NCBI GenBank assembly: GCA_963737155.1
Contig: CAVTRN010000002.1
Coordinates: 384,001 to 448,000, forward strand
Direction of reading: 5' to 3'
From: Nitrospirota bacterium
Lineage (GTDB): Bacteria > Nitrospirota > UBA9217
Length of the DNA stretch: 64,000 nt
The position numbers and the translations under genes are program-made. A model generated the notes under the pieces. That model was given only the letters and a program-made list of their open reading frames with translations, was not told the origin of the DNA and did not search any database. Positions 1 to 8,676 of this stretch are shown in pieces (positions within the stretch are counted from its first letter, which is position 1; the number at the start of each line of letters is the position of its first letter).

Positions 1-627
1 ACCTGTGCCCGGGTGACGGTGACGCACGACCGTATAAGCGCACCGCACGCGGTGACAGGGTTCATCTTTGTCTTCTGTTGCAAATACTACAAAAGTGCAT
101 TATGAGCGATTTTGAAAGCATTCCGAAACTTATGAGCTACTACAGTTTTGTCATGACCGCAGACGCGCATCCGATGTCCTTAAGGCTCAAAATCTCATGG
201 CCCGCAATCGTTCCCTTCCAGCAGGCAAAGGTGTTGTGCCTATCCAGTCTCAGGCGGTACTCGACGGCATTGGCACCGTCGCGGAATTTAGGAGATGCCG
301 CCAAAATCGCTGCCACCTTCTCGCGATCTATGCACCTGGGCGGACTACGAAAAATACATTTTCCGCAAAAAGCCCTACCTGACCACTGCAGGGGTGTTGT
401 CTCCTAACTCCCGCAGTTTGCGTAGTGGATGTATGCGCTGCCTCTTAATAATTTCGGCCACTCTTTGCAAAGGGCTTATTACGGACATTTCCCTGTCGCC
501 TCCAACTTTGATCGCCTATGCCTTGAGCACCGCGAGCAGATCCGCATTGCCCAACCCAAGTGCCACTCCTCACTCCACATATCTGAGGCGAAAGCCTGCA
601 TGGCCCTCGCGGATATCTGGTCGGGTT

Positions 628-1140
628 TCAATTGCCTCCACCTCTCGCACTTGCAGCAACCTCTAGCAGAGCCTCAATTTTAGAATCCAGATCGCGAGCT
701 ACTTTCAGTGCTTCGGAGTTTCCGTACGGAGCAAGAGAACTTGCTATCCTGTCATAAGAGAGGTGAACTCCATCTTGACGCTCATCGATCAGAATCGTCA
801 CTGGTGCGTACGAGCCAGCATCTGGCACGCGCTCAACCATCTGGCTCATGATAAGCGGGTTTCCCAGGATGAGACGCAGACTCTGTTGTGTCTCCGGTCC
901 ATTTCGCTTGCACAGGACTTCGCCGAGGTCAAAACGTATGAACTCCATCAATTCGGACGGTCCAATTGCTGCATGAACGATCTTTTCCAGTTCGTCGTAC
1001 GTTTTTGCGTCGGCGACATTCTCTCGAAACGCCTTTATGTCAGGATGGCCCACAGCCATATCGAAAACTCTTACCACATCTTGAAATGACTTGGAAGAAG
1101 TCACGCTGAATCGCTCTACATTGACTTGCTTAATTGTCAT
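628..1140 (-). CDS. DUF302 domain protein
   Basis: Motifs LILGNPLIMSQM, AGSYAPVTILIDE and VHLSYD are typical of DUF302; ATG at 1140 preferred over upstream start. Confidence 0.8.
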   Translation of the reverse strand: MTIKQVNVERFSVTSSKSFQDVVRVFDMAVGHPDIKAFRENVADAKTYDELEKIVHAAIGPSELMEFIRFDLGEVLCKRNGPETQQSLRLILGNPLIMSQMVERVPDAGSYAPVTILIDERQDGVHLSYDRIASSLAPYGNSEALKVARDLDSKIEALLEVAASARGGGN

Positions 1141-1234
1141 GCTCCGTATCCTCTCGTATTTATTGGCGACCCGGGACGCAACGCAAAGTACCAACACTTT
1201 CCCTCTGAAGTAACAAGCGGAGTTGGTACGGCAA

Positions 1235-2101
1235 CTAGGCAGCGAACTTCCGCCGGGTCTCTGCCTTCTTCTCTCTGAGAAAGCCCAAAAGCTCGCGGTT
1301 GACTTCCTCGGCGTGCGTCCAGATGAGGCCGTGCGGTCCGCCCTTCACCACCACCAGCCGACTTCCCTTGACTAACTCAGATGTGCGCTTTCCAGTTGCT
1401 GTGAAAGGAAGTATCCGGTCATTGTCACCGTGAATGACCAGCGTGGGCACGTCGATGCGTTTAAGGTCCTCCCGGAAGTCGGTTAACCACGCCTGCACGC
1501 AGTCCAGCGTGCCGATTGGAGAGGCCCCGGCTGCGACATTCCAACTGAGCCGGACGATCTCGTCGCTGATCTTTTTCCCTCTGAGGATGTCAACGTTGTA
1601 GAAGTTTGAGAGAAATGCCGAGATGAATGCTGGACGATCTGCGGCTATGGCGCTCTTGATCCCGTCGAAGATACTTCCGTCCACGCCTTCAGGGTTGTCG
1701 GGTGTCTTCAGAAGGAATGGCGGAATCGCAGACATAAAGACCGCCTTGCTTACGCGGTTGGTTCCGTAAGTGCCGATATAGCGGGCAACTTCACCGCCTC
1801 CCATCGAAAAGCCTACCAATGAAGCATCGAGAATGTTAAGCTTTATCAGCAGTTTGTCTAAGTCCGCTGCGAAGGTATCGTAGTCATAGCCCGACGTCGG
1901 CTTGCTCGAGCTTCCAAACCCTCTCCGGTCGTAGATTATGACCCGGTAGCCGGCATTCAGCAAAACCGGCACCTGTTTCTCCCAAGAGCCGCTGCTCAAC
2001 GGCCAACCGTGGATCAGCACGACCGCCTTACCAGAACCGTGGTCCTCGTAATAGAGGTCGATGTCTGTTGAGTTCTCTTTTCCGACATTGATGTAATTCA
2101 T
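1235..2101 (-). CDS. Non-heme chloro/bromoperoxidase (alpha/beta hydrolase, BPO-A2/CPO family)
   Basis: LIHGWPLS, YDRRGFG, nucleophile GFSMGG, HGDNDRILP, GGPHG; AGGAG RBS before ATG 2101. Confidence 0.92.
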   Translation of the reverse strand: MNYINVGKENSTDIDLYYEDHGSGKAVVLIHGWPLSSGSWEKQVPVLLNAGYRVIIYDRRGFGSSSKPTSGYDYDTFAADLDKLLIKLNILDASLVGFSMGGGEVARYIGTYGTNRVSKAVFMSAIPPFLLKTPDNPEGVDGSIFDGIKSAIAADRPAFISAFLSNFYNVDILRGKKISDEIVRLSWNVAAGASPIGTLDCVQAWLTDFREDLKRIDVPTLVIHGDNDRILPFTATGKRTSELVKGSRLVVVKGGPHGLIWTHAEEVNRELLGFLREKKAETRRKFAA

Positions 2102-2488
2102 AGGAAGTCTCCTTTCCTCTGTTCTCTCCACGATGAAATTGAGGCACTTTCCTTCTGATGGGGGCATGAGGCATCAAAAAAAGGAACCCTCACCCTTCGC
2201 AAAATGAGGCATAAAAAACACTCTTTCCCCGGGATCATTCAAAAGCCGTGGATAGAACACGTTTATGGTCTTCATTTCTCGATCCATGATACATATTTTA
2301 TTTAAGAATAAGAAAAGACCACTACTATAAAAAAAGCGCAATTTGAGACTAATGTCAATTCGATGAAAGTATTAATCTCGGGTCCGGAAAGATTGGGCGG
2401 CTAGGATAAAAGAGAGCTGTGAGGTAAGGGCACTTTATTTCTGCGGGGAAAGATTAGGATCAAACCGGTAGCTTAGGGTCTAGAACCC

Positions 2489-4393
2489 TCACCAGGGATA
2501 TGGGTAACCCTTCGCAAGTACCTTCTCCAGGGCGGCGTCGTGCCCGTAGATGTCATCGTAGAAGTGAACCACTCCATCATCCAGCACCATAACTGTTGCA
2601 TAGAAGATCAAGACCGGAATCGGATGCGCGAGATTCACCTGCTGGGTCGTTGTGCCGTTCATCACCGCGCGAATTTGTTCCGGGGTCCAACCAGGATTGT
2701 CGCGCAGGACCCACGCAGCCAGATCGGCGGGCCTCTCCAGCCTGATGCAGCCGTGACTGAAATCTCGCCGGGACTTCGCGAAGAATTCTATAGTCGGAGT
2801 GTCGTGCATGTATACGCTGTAGCTGTTTGGAAAGACAAATTTCACGAGTCCAAGGGCGTTCTTTGGACCCGGCTTTTGCCGGATGAAAAGTTTCCCGGCC
2901 CGGAGTTGGCCGAGCAATTCGTTCGTGACCGTCCCCACCGATACGACGTTCTGCCTGCTGTCCACAATCTCCAATCCTTTCTTTGCCAAGTAATCGGGAT
3001 CGCGAGCAATGTTTGGAATCATCTCATCTTTGGTTATAGAATAAGGCACCTCCCAATATGGGCGGAAAACGACGTACTGCATGGTGTCGTTAAAAACCGG
3101 GGTATCATGGTCGTACGCTTTGCCTACCACTACTTTCATCGTTACACCGATATCGAGGTTTCCGTCATAGGCGCGGAGACGAAACTCTGGGATATTGACA
3201 ACGATGGGCGCTTTATGATAGGTCTCCGGCAACCACCGCCATCGCTCAAGTGTTAGTTGCATTTGTCGAACTCGTCGGCTCAGAGGAACGTTCAAGTCAG
3301 CCAGGGTTTGAAAGTCAATTCGTCCGTTCGGAGTTCGGCCATGGCGGCTCTGAAAACTCTTTACAGCGTCCACCAGAGCACCTGCGTAAACGGTTTGATC
3401 AGCCGGCACATTGGCATCAGCGGGAAGGTCCCCGACCAAGCGGAGCAGTCGCGTGAGCCGTGCGATGCCGGGATAGGAATCGCCAGGTACAACCGTTTTT
3501 TTTGCGAGCGGGAGCTGTTCCCCATCATCTTTTTTCTCAAGCTCGAGATACGTTTGCAGGGCTTGAATCGTGCGCCGGTAACCGAGATAGGGCGGCTCCA
3601 CTTGAGCCAAGAGACCAGCAATGTCACCCCCATCGACAACGTGGTTTTTTAGAAATTCGGCCAAATCGTATTTTTTGGACTCATCGTCGTAAGCGAAGGC
3701 GAATTGCCTCGGATTTACCTTGCCAATGTGGAGGTCGGAGATATACCTCATAACGCAAACCGTGAGGGCGAGATCGAATTTCACGGCATCCGACTCGGTC
3801 GGCTGCCGTGTCGCAGGTTTGAGTTTTGCCAACCGATCGTTCCACCGAGATCCATCGTAATCTTCCGCGGAAAGCCCCTTTTGGTCAGCCTTGAGCAACA
3901 GCGCGATTATCTGTCGCGCCTGTGCGGTCGGCTCCATTCCCTTGACCCACCACAATGAATCACCGTTGAATTCGTAGAATTTCTTCACGTCCTTGCTGTG
4001 ATCGCTGAAATCTGGCCAACGCATATCGGAGAAACTACCACGGCTAATGGTGGCGCCCAGCCAGGCTTGATCTTCGGAACTAAGCTTCAGCAGACTCGCA
4101 CTTGCAGTAAAGGAAGTTGTAAGCTTAGTCTCAGGAGACCTCGCTGAGCCGCATCCCGATCCGCAAAACAGTGCGATCAACAGCAGGGGTGCTGAAAGAC
4201 GAGCGCCCCACCCCAAAATCGTTAGTTGTTTCCCTTGAAGAACCTTTGCCTGGTCGCTATTGGGTTCCGTAGAGGGAACAGGCTCTTGCGCATTCATTTG
4301 AGGCTGCTCCACCTCCAGTTCCAGATATCCGGACTGTCTTTGCTGTGCTTGTCTATGCACTTCTTGTGATCGTTCACTCCACATATCTACCAT
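2489..4393 (-). CDS. L,D-transpeptidase, YcbB/LdtD family (scaffold + PG-binding + YkuD domains)
   Basis: ERWRWLP, VVNIPEFRL, NALGLVKFVFPN, catalytic HDTP...FSHGCIRL; true start uncertain. Confidence 0.9.
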   Translation of the reverse strand: MVDMWSERSQEVHRQAQQRQSGYLELEVEQPQMNAQEPVPSTEPNSDQAKVLQGKQLTILGWGARLSAPLLLIALFCGSGCGSARSPETKLTTSFTASASLLKLSSEDQAWLGATISRGSFSDMRWPDFSDHSKDVKKFYEFNGDSLWWVKGMEPTAQARQIIALLLKADQKGLSAEDYDGSRWNDRLAKLKPATRQPTESDAVKFDLALTVCVMRYISDLHIGKVNPRQFAFAYDDESKKYDLAEFLKNHVVDGGDIAGLLAQVEPPYLGYRRTIQALQTYLELEKKDDGEQLPLAKKTVVPGDSYPGIARLTRLLRLVGDLPADANVPADQTVYAGALVDAVKSFQSRHGRTPNGRIDFQTLADLNVPLSRRVRQMQLTLERWRWLPETYHKAPIVVNIPEFRLRAYDGNLDIGVTMKVVVGKAYDHDTPVFNDTMQYVVFRPYWEVPYSITKDEMIPNIARDPDYLAKKGLEIVDSRQNVVSVGTVTNELLGQLRAGKLFIRQKPGPKNALGLVKFVFPNSYSVYMHDTPTIEFFAKSRRDFSHGCIRLERPADLAAWVLRDNPGWTPEQIRAVMNGTTTQQVNLAHPIPVLIFYATVMVLDDGVVHFYDDIYGHDAALEKVLAKGYPYPW

Positions 4394-4700
4394 ATGAGAT
4401 TACTCTCCAATTCATTCTGTGATCCTATTTCATCGACTTCACTGTTTCCCGAATCCCTTGACTGCATGAAGCTGTCTTGACGTTGATTAGTCTATCAAAT
4501 TCACTATTGCAAATAGATAACCTGAATCATTTTGATAAAATATCCCCGGTCTCTTTAGGACAATGCTATTAAAAAAGTCCAACCATTTGAACCATCCAGC
4601 TAGCTTACCGTAAGCAAGGAATGTGCTTTAGCACGTCAACTTCCGATCTATTAAAGTTTATTTAGTGGAATAAATCTTATAACGGAAAGGAAAAATCGTC

Positions 4701-4874
4701 GTGCTTAATTATAATTATAACAAGCTGTATGAGATACGTCAAAAGATAAAGATGACAACGTTGATTGTCGGGATATACATAGGGGATGATTTTAATGCGG
4801 TTGGGTTCATGAACAATGACGGGAATGTCCTGGGCCGCCTTCCAAAGCGCCGCATCTGCGATATGACGTGTTAG
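4701..4874 (+). mobile_element. IS110-family transposase 5' remnant
   Basis: Manual translation from GTG 4701: MLNYNYNKLYEIRQKIKMTTLIVGIYIGDDFNAVGFMNNDGNVLGRL..; resembles the IS110 N-terminus (LIVGIDIxK..NAV) with the first catalytic D changed to Y; stop after 57 aa. Confidence 0.6.
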
Positions 4875-4884
4875 CACCGGCGAG

Positions 4885-5355
4885 TGAACTCGCTTCTCTC
4901 TTGGAAAGCGGTAGGGTCGTGTGTCGAACCCAGCGCCAAGGATCACGAGCTGATCGATTCCGACGAGAAAGCGGTCCACCGCACCATCAAAGAAAGCTAC
5001 ACGGGCTGATCTCGTATAGAGCCGGGATATCGCCTTCAAACGGATACCGGAAGACCTTGGGCACGTAGCCGGTCACGCGGTGTGCGAACAGCGTGGGGAA
5101 GCTGGTGAGGCGGCTGGCCACGGGTGGGACACCGGGAAGCAGAGGCTTGAGCCTGTTGGCTGCCTCATCCTGCCTGGTTCCGAGGTTGTGCATTGCCCAG
5201 CGCGCGGAGAGGGGACCCTGCGCCGTGGCAGAAACACCCGAAGGATTCCCGGTGAGAAACCACTTGCCTACCCATATTACGTAGCCTGTCAGGGAGACTG
5301 GGAAGAGGAAGATGCTGATAGCGTAGAAGACGAAAGCGGCAACGGGCTTGGGCAT
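4885..5355 (-). pseudogene. Class I SAM methyltransferase (LCM/TIGR00027-like), frameshifted and 3'-truncated
   Basis: N-terminal part (ORF 4987..5370) switches frame near 5010 into SARVAFFD..QLVILGAGFDTRPYR; similarity ends ~4885 next to the IS110 remnant. Confidence 0.8.
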
Positions 5356-5814
5356 GCCGGCCTCCTGCACTCACTCATGGAGCTAGCCAATGATTAAGCG
5401 CCACACACATCTTTAAATATCTTTGTGTTACCTGATGTCGTACAACTTTCTCTTTCATTATGAATGGTGTGCGATTCTATTCCTGATTCTCTGCGATGTC
5501 GACAATACCGGTGTATTATTAGGGGCAACCATACAGAATGAAAATTGATGTTGTGCCAAGGGTTGGTAACTCCGATAGTACAGGAAGCAATTCTCGCTGC
5601 ATAACTATATCACAAGTCGATATTTCAAACATCACTTTTCTACATAGCCAGGTCGTTGTGTTTTGCGCCCGGGCGTGACGGAACTGTTTAACCACTCACC
5701 GACCTTCCCTGCTGTAACCTTGTATCCAAAGAAGTAGCACTATATTGAGTGTCATTTTAGGTCCGATTGTTGACACCTGCACTACCCAGTGCTATCGTTC
5801 AAATAGAGAATAGT

Positions 5815-7209
5815 TGATAACGTTCAGGACATCGTTCATAGAAATAATGGTCACGACATCGTTCAATCGCAACTCTGAAACTGTCTGGTAGTGCGATGCC
5901 GTGACCTCATCACCGGTCATCGTAATAGATATTTGTACTCTTCAACCTGGATTGTATCCAGGAACAGCTTTAGCTTTTGTTCTTTGACATCGATAGTAGC
6001 CACAACGTATTCATACTGGGTCTCTGGTGGAGCGGAGAACATTTCACCGAAGATGTTCAGTCGGCAGTCACTCCGGATGAATCTGACGAGATGATAACGG
6101 CCTTCCTCCGGTTTTTCTAAGGGGTGCCTTGGAGCATTGCTTTTACTCGGGAAGATCAATTTCTTCTCCATAGCGGCCAACGCCTTGAGCGGGGTTTTCC
6201 CTTTCATCTTGCTGTAGCGGTAAGTACTATTGTGCCTGTGCTCGAATGCCAGGGATTCCTGTCGGAGCTGCGGCATTGATGACATGGTGACCCTGCCGAG
6301 AAACTTCTGCTGGTAATGGTCGTTGAACTTCTCGACGACACCGTTCCACCATGGCTCGGAAGGTGGAATGAACCAGAGCTTGATCCCGTAGTGCAGGCAG
6401 AGACGGATAAGCGGTCCCATGCCTCTTGGGTAAATTGGACTACCGAAGAAGGCCATTTCGTTATCCACTTGAAGATTCTCAGGGATACCCATACGCAGCC
6501 AGATCGCATAAACAGCGTCCAAAACGCTTTGCGCTGCACGGGACGATATTGGCTCTATCCCGCACCGATTGATTGCTGTATCGACGGCATGCAGGCTATA
6601 GAACTTGATGGGACCACTAAGATAACAAGGGCCGACCATATCAACCTGATGGGTCTGGTTGGGCAAGAGCGCCGGAAGCTCAGGGTATTTTTTGCCCTTC
6701 GGTTTATATCTTCCGGTCCGCCGATGGGTCAATTCACGGCGGCGTAAGATACGGCCAATGGTGGTGAGGGATGGTATAGGCTGGACCTCCATGTCACTCA
6801 TTTCCCATTGGATGGCCTGATTGCCGCAGAAGAGCCCCTTGTTGTAAAGGTTTAGCCGTACTAGCTCCACGATCTTTTCGATCTCTGCTGGGGTTCGGTT
6901 GGGACTGGCAAGCGGTCGCCGAGATTGGTCGTTGCACCACGATGGATCATCCGAGGTATGCCGTGCTAGCCATTTGTACAGCCACCGAGTCGTTTTGCCC
7001 AGTGACTTGCAGATACTCTCCGGATTTTCTCCGGCAAGATATCGCTGTACTGCTAATACTCGTTGTTTTAGAATCTTCTTTTTCATGAACACCCCCTTAA
7101 AGGATTAGGTGTCCATGATAAAGCAAATTGTAGCTACTCGATTGTCAAAGAGCGTTTGTGAACGATGTCCTGAATGCTAATTTAGTGAACGATGTCCTGA
7201 ACGTTGTCA
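5815..7209 (-). mobile_element. Complete IS481-like insertion sequence (1395 bp)
   Basis: Terminal IRs TGATAACGTTCAGGACATCGTTCA / TGAACGATGTCCTGAACGTTGTCA (23/24 match), a second internal GACATCGTTCA copy at each end, 6-bp TSD AATAGT at 5809-5814 and 7210-7215. Confidence 0.92.
5917..7092 (-). CDS. IS481-like DDE transposase (HTH + integrase core)
   Basis: WLYKWLAR HTH, QVDMVG, QVDNEM, NGVVEKFN DDE triad; intact 391 aa ORF inside the IRs. Confidence 0.92.
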   Translation of the reverse strand: MFMKKKILKQRVLAVQRYLAGENPESICKSLGKTTRWLYKWLARHTSDDPSWCNDQSRRPLASPNRTPAEIEKIVELVRLNLYNKGLFCGNQAIQWEMSDMEVQPIPSLTTIGRILRRRELTHRRTGRYKPKGKKYPELPALLPNQTHQVDMVGPCYLSGPIKFYSLHAVDTAINRCGIEPISSRAAQSVLDAVYAIWLRMGIPENLQVDNEMAFFGSPIYPRGMGPLIRLCLHYGIKLWFIPPSEPWWNGVVEKFNDHYQQKFLGRVTMSSMPQLRQESLAFEHRHNSTYRYSKMKGKTPLKALAAMEKKLIFPSKSNAPRHPLEKPEEGRYHLVRFIRSDCRLNIFGEMFSAPPETQYEYVVATIDVKEQKLKLFLDTIQVEEYKYLLR

Positions 7210-7358
7210 AATAGTAATTATCATTTATCTCATGCAGTGGAACGTACAATATCAATCTGACCCTCATCCAGAATAGATTCCAAAAGGGTTGGCGGCATAT
7301 TTATGTAGAATTTGCCGACGAAGGAGATAGAAAATCATCATCAAAAAGGGGAAATAAT

Positions 7359-8267
7359 ATGCCAAAAGATAAATCCATGCAAAAAATCTCACCACATTTA
7401 TGGTTTGACAAGGAGGCTAAGGAGGCGGCACAGTTCTACACCTCGGTCTTCCCTGATTCAAAAATAACAAACATAACGACGCTGCACGACACCCCGTCGG
7501 GCGATTGCGATGTTGTTTCTTTCAAGCTTTCGGGGCAGTCATTCATGGCCATAAGTGCCGGCCCGTTTTTCAGATTCACTCCGGCCGTTTCATTTCTCGT
7601 CGCTTGCAAGACGAAGGACGAAGTCGGGTCATTATGGACGAAGCTCTCCGAAGGAGGTTCGGCGCTCATGGAGCTTGGAGCTTATCCCTTCAGCGAAAAG
7701 TATGGATGGTTACAGGACAAGTATAGCCTTTCGTGGCAGGTGATGTTCATGGGCGACCGTAAAATAAAGCAGAAAATTACCCCGACCCTTATGTTTGTCG
7801 GCGATGTGTGCGGCAAAGCGGAAGAGGCAATCAATTTTTACGCCTCGGTGTTTAAAGATGCAAAAGTTCACAACGTCTTCCGCTATGGCAAAGGTGAGGA
7901 ACACGACAAAGAAGGAACAATAAAGCATGGCGTTTTCACGCTTGAAGGGCAGGATTTTGCAGCAATGGACAGCGCTCGTAAACACAACTTTACTTTCAAT
8001 GAAGCGATTTCGCTCATGGTGCGCTGCGATACCCAGAAAGATTTAGATTACTACTGGGGAAAGCTCTCCGCAGTTCCTGAGGCCGAACAGTGCGGATGGC
8101 TCAAGGACAAGTACGGGGTCTCTTGGCAGATTGTTCCCACAGCAATGGATGAGATGATGCGCAAGGGCACGCGCGAGCAGATTGATCGCGTAACGCAGGC
8201 GTTCTTGCCGATGAAAAAGTTCGACATAGCAAGGCTAAAACAGGCATACGAAGGCATAAAATTATGA
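7359..8267 (+). CDS. VOC family protein, tandem PhnB/3-dmu-9_3-mt domains
   Basis: Two repeats of KI(S/T)PxLxF..AxEAxxFYxSVF..GWLxDKYxxSWQ. Confidence 0.9.
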   Translation: MPKDKSMQKISPHLWFDKEAKEAAQFYTSVFPDSKITNITTLHDTPSGDCDVVSFKLSGQSFMAISAGPFFRFTPAVSFLVACKTKDEVGSLWTKLSEGGSALMELGAYPFSEKYGWLQDKYSLSWQVMFMGDRKIKQKITPTLMFVGDVCGKAEEAINFYASVFKDAKVHNVFRYGKGEEHDKEGTIKHGVFTLEGQDFAAMDSARKHNFTFNEAISLMVRCDTQKDLDYYWGKLSAVPEAEQCGWLKDKYGVSWQIVPTAMDEMMRKGTREQIDRVTQAFLPMKKFDIARLKQAYEGIKL

Positions 8268-8350
8268 GCAAAAAAGACATAGCCGAATCATTCCTGAAAC
8301 TTGCCTCCTCCGGCAAGGTGCGCGAGGCATATGCTAAATATGTAAGGTGA
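8264..8350 (+). pseudogene. 5' fragment of a SnoaL/NTF2-like protein
   Basis: ATGA overlap with the VOC stop; MSKKDIAESFLKLASSGKVREAYAKYV then premature stop. Confidence 0.55.
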
Positions 8351-8676
8351 GTGTAGGCAAGTGATTGCCCAGTGCCTGCCCGTCTGCGACCCACCATGGA
8401 TGTAGAAGAAAGGAAAACGGGTAGTTATTGATAGAAAAATACAAGTCGAAAATCACATCGTTTTGCAAAAAAAGGAAACTCCACGAATATAGGAAGGACT
8501 TGCTGACAGAAAACGTTCTGACGAATGCAATGATACAAAATGAATCCTTCACGTTTACTAATATTATATGAAACTTGACTTAACCACAATTGTGTAGCTC
8601 TCATTGCTTAAAACATCAAAATATTTAGGGTTAAATGTTTCACGTACGAAATGAGTGGAAGAAGGGCGATTACTCC

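Noticed and set aside
1-627. Short ORFs and a possible dehydrogenase tail (GLGNADLLAVLKA, minus strand)
   Set aside because: Too short and fragmentary to support a call
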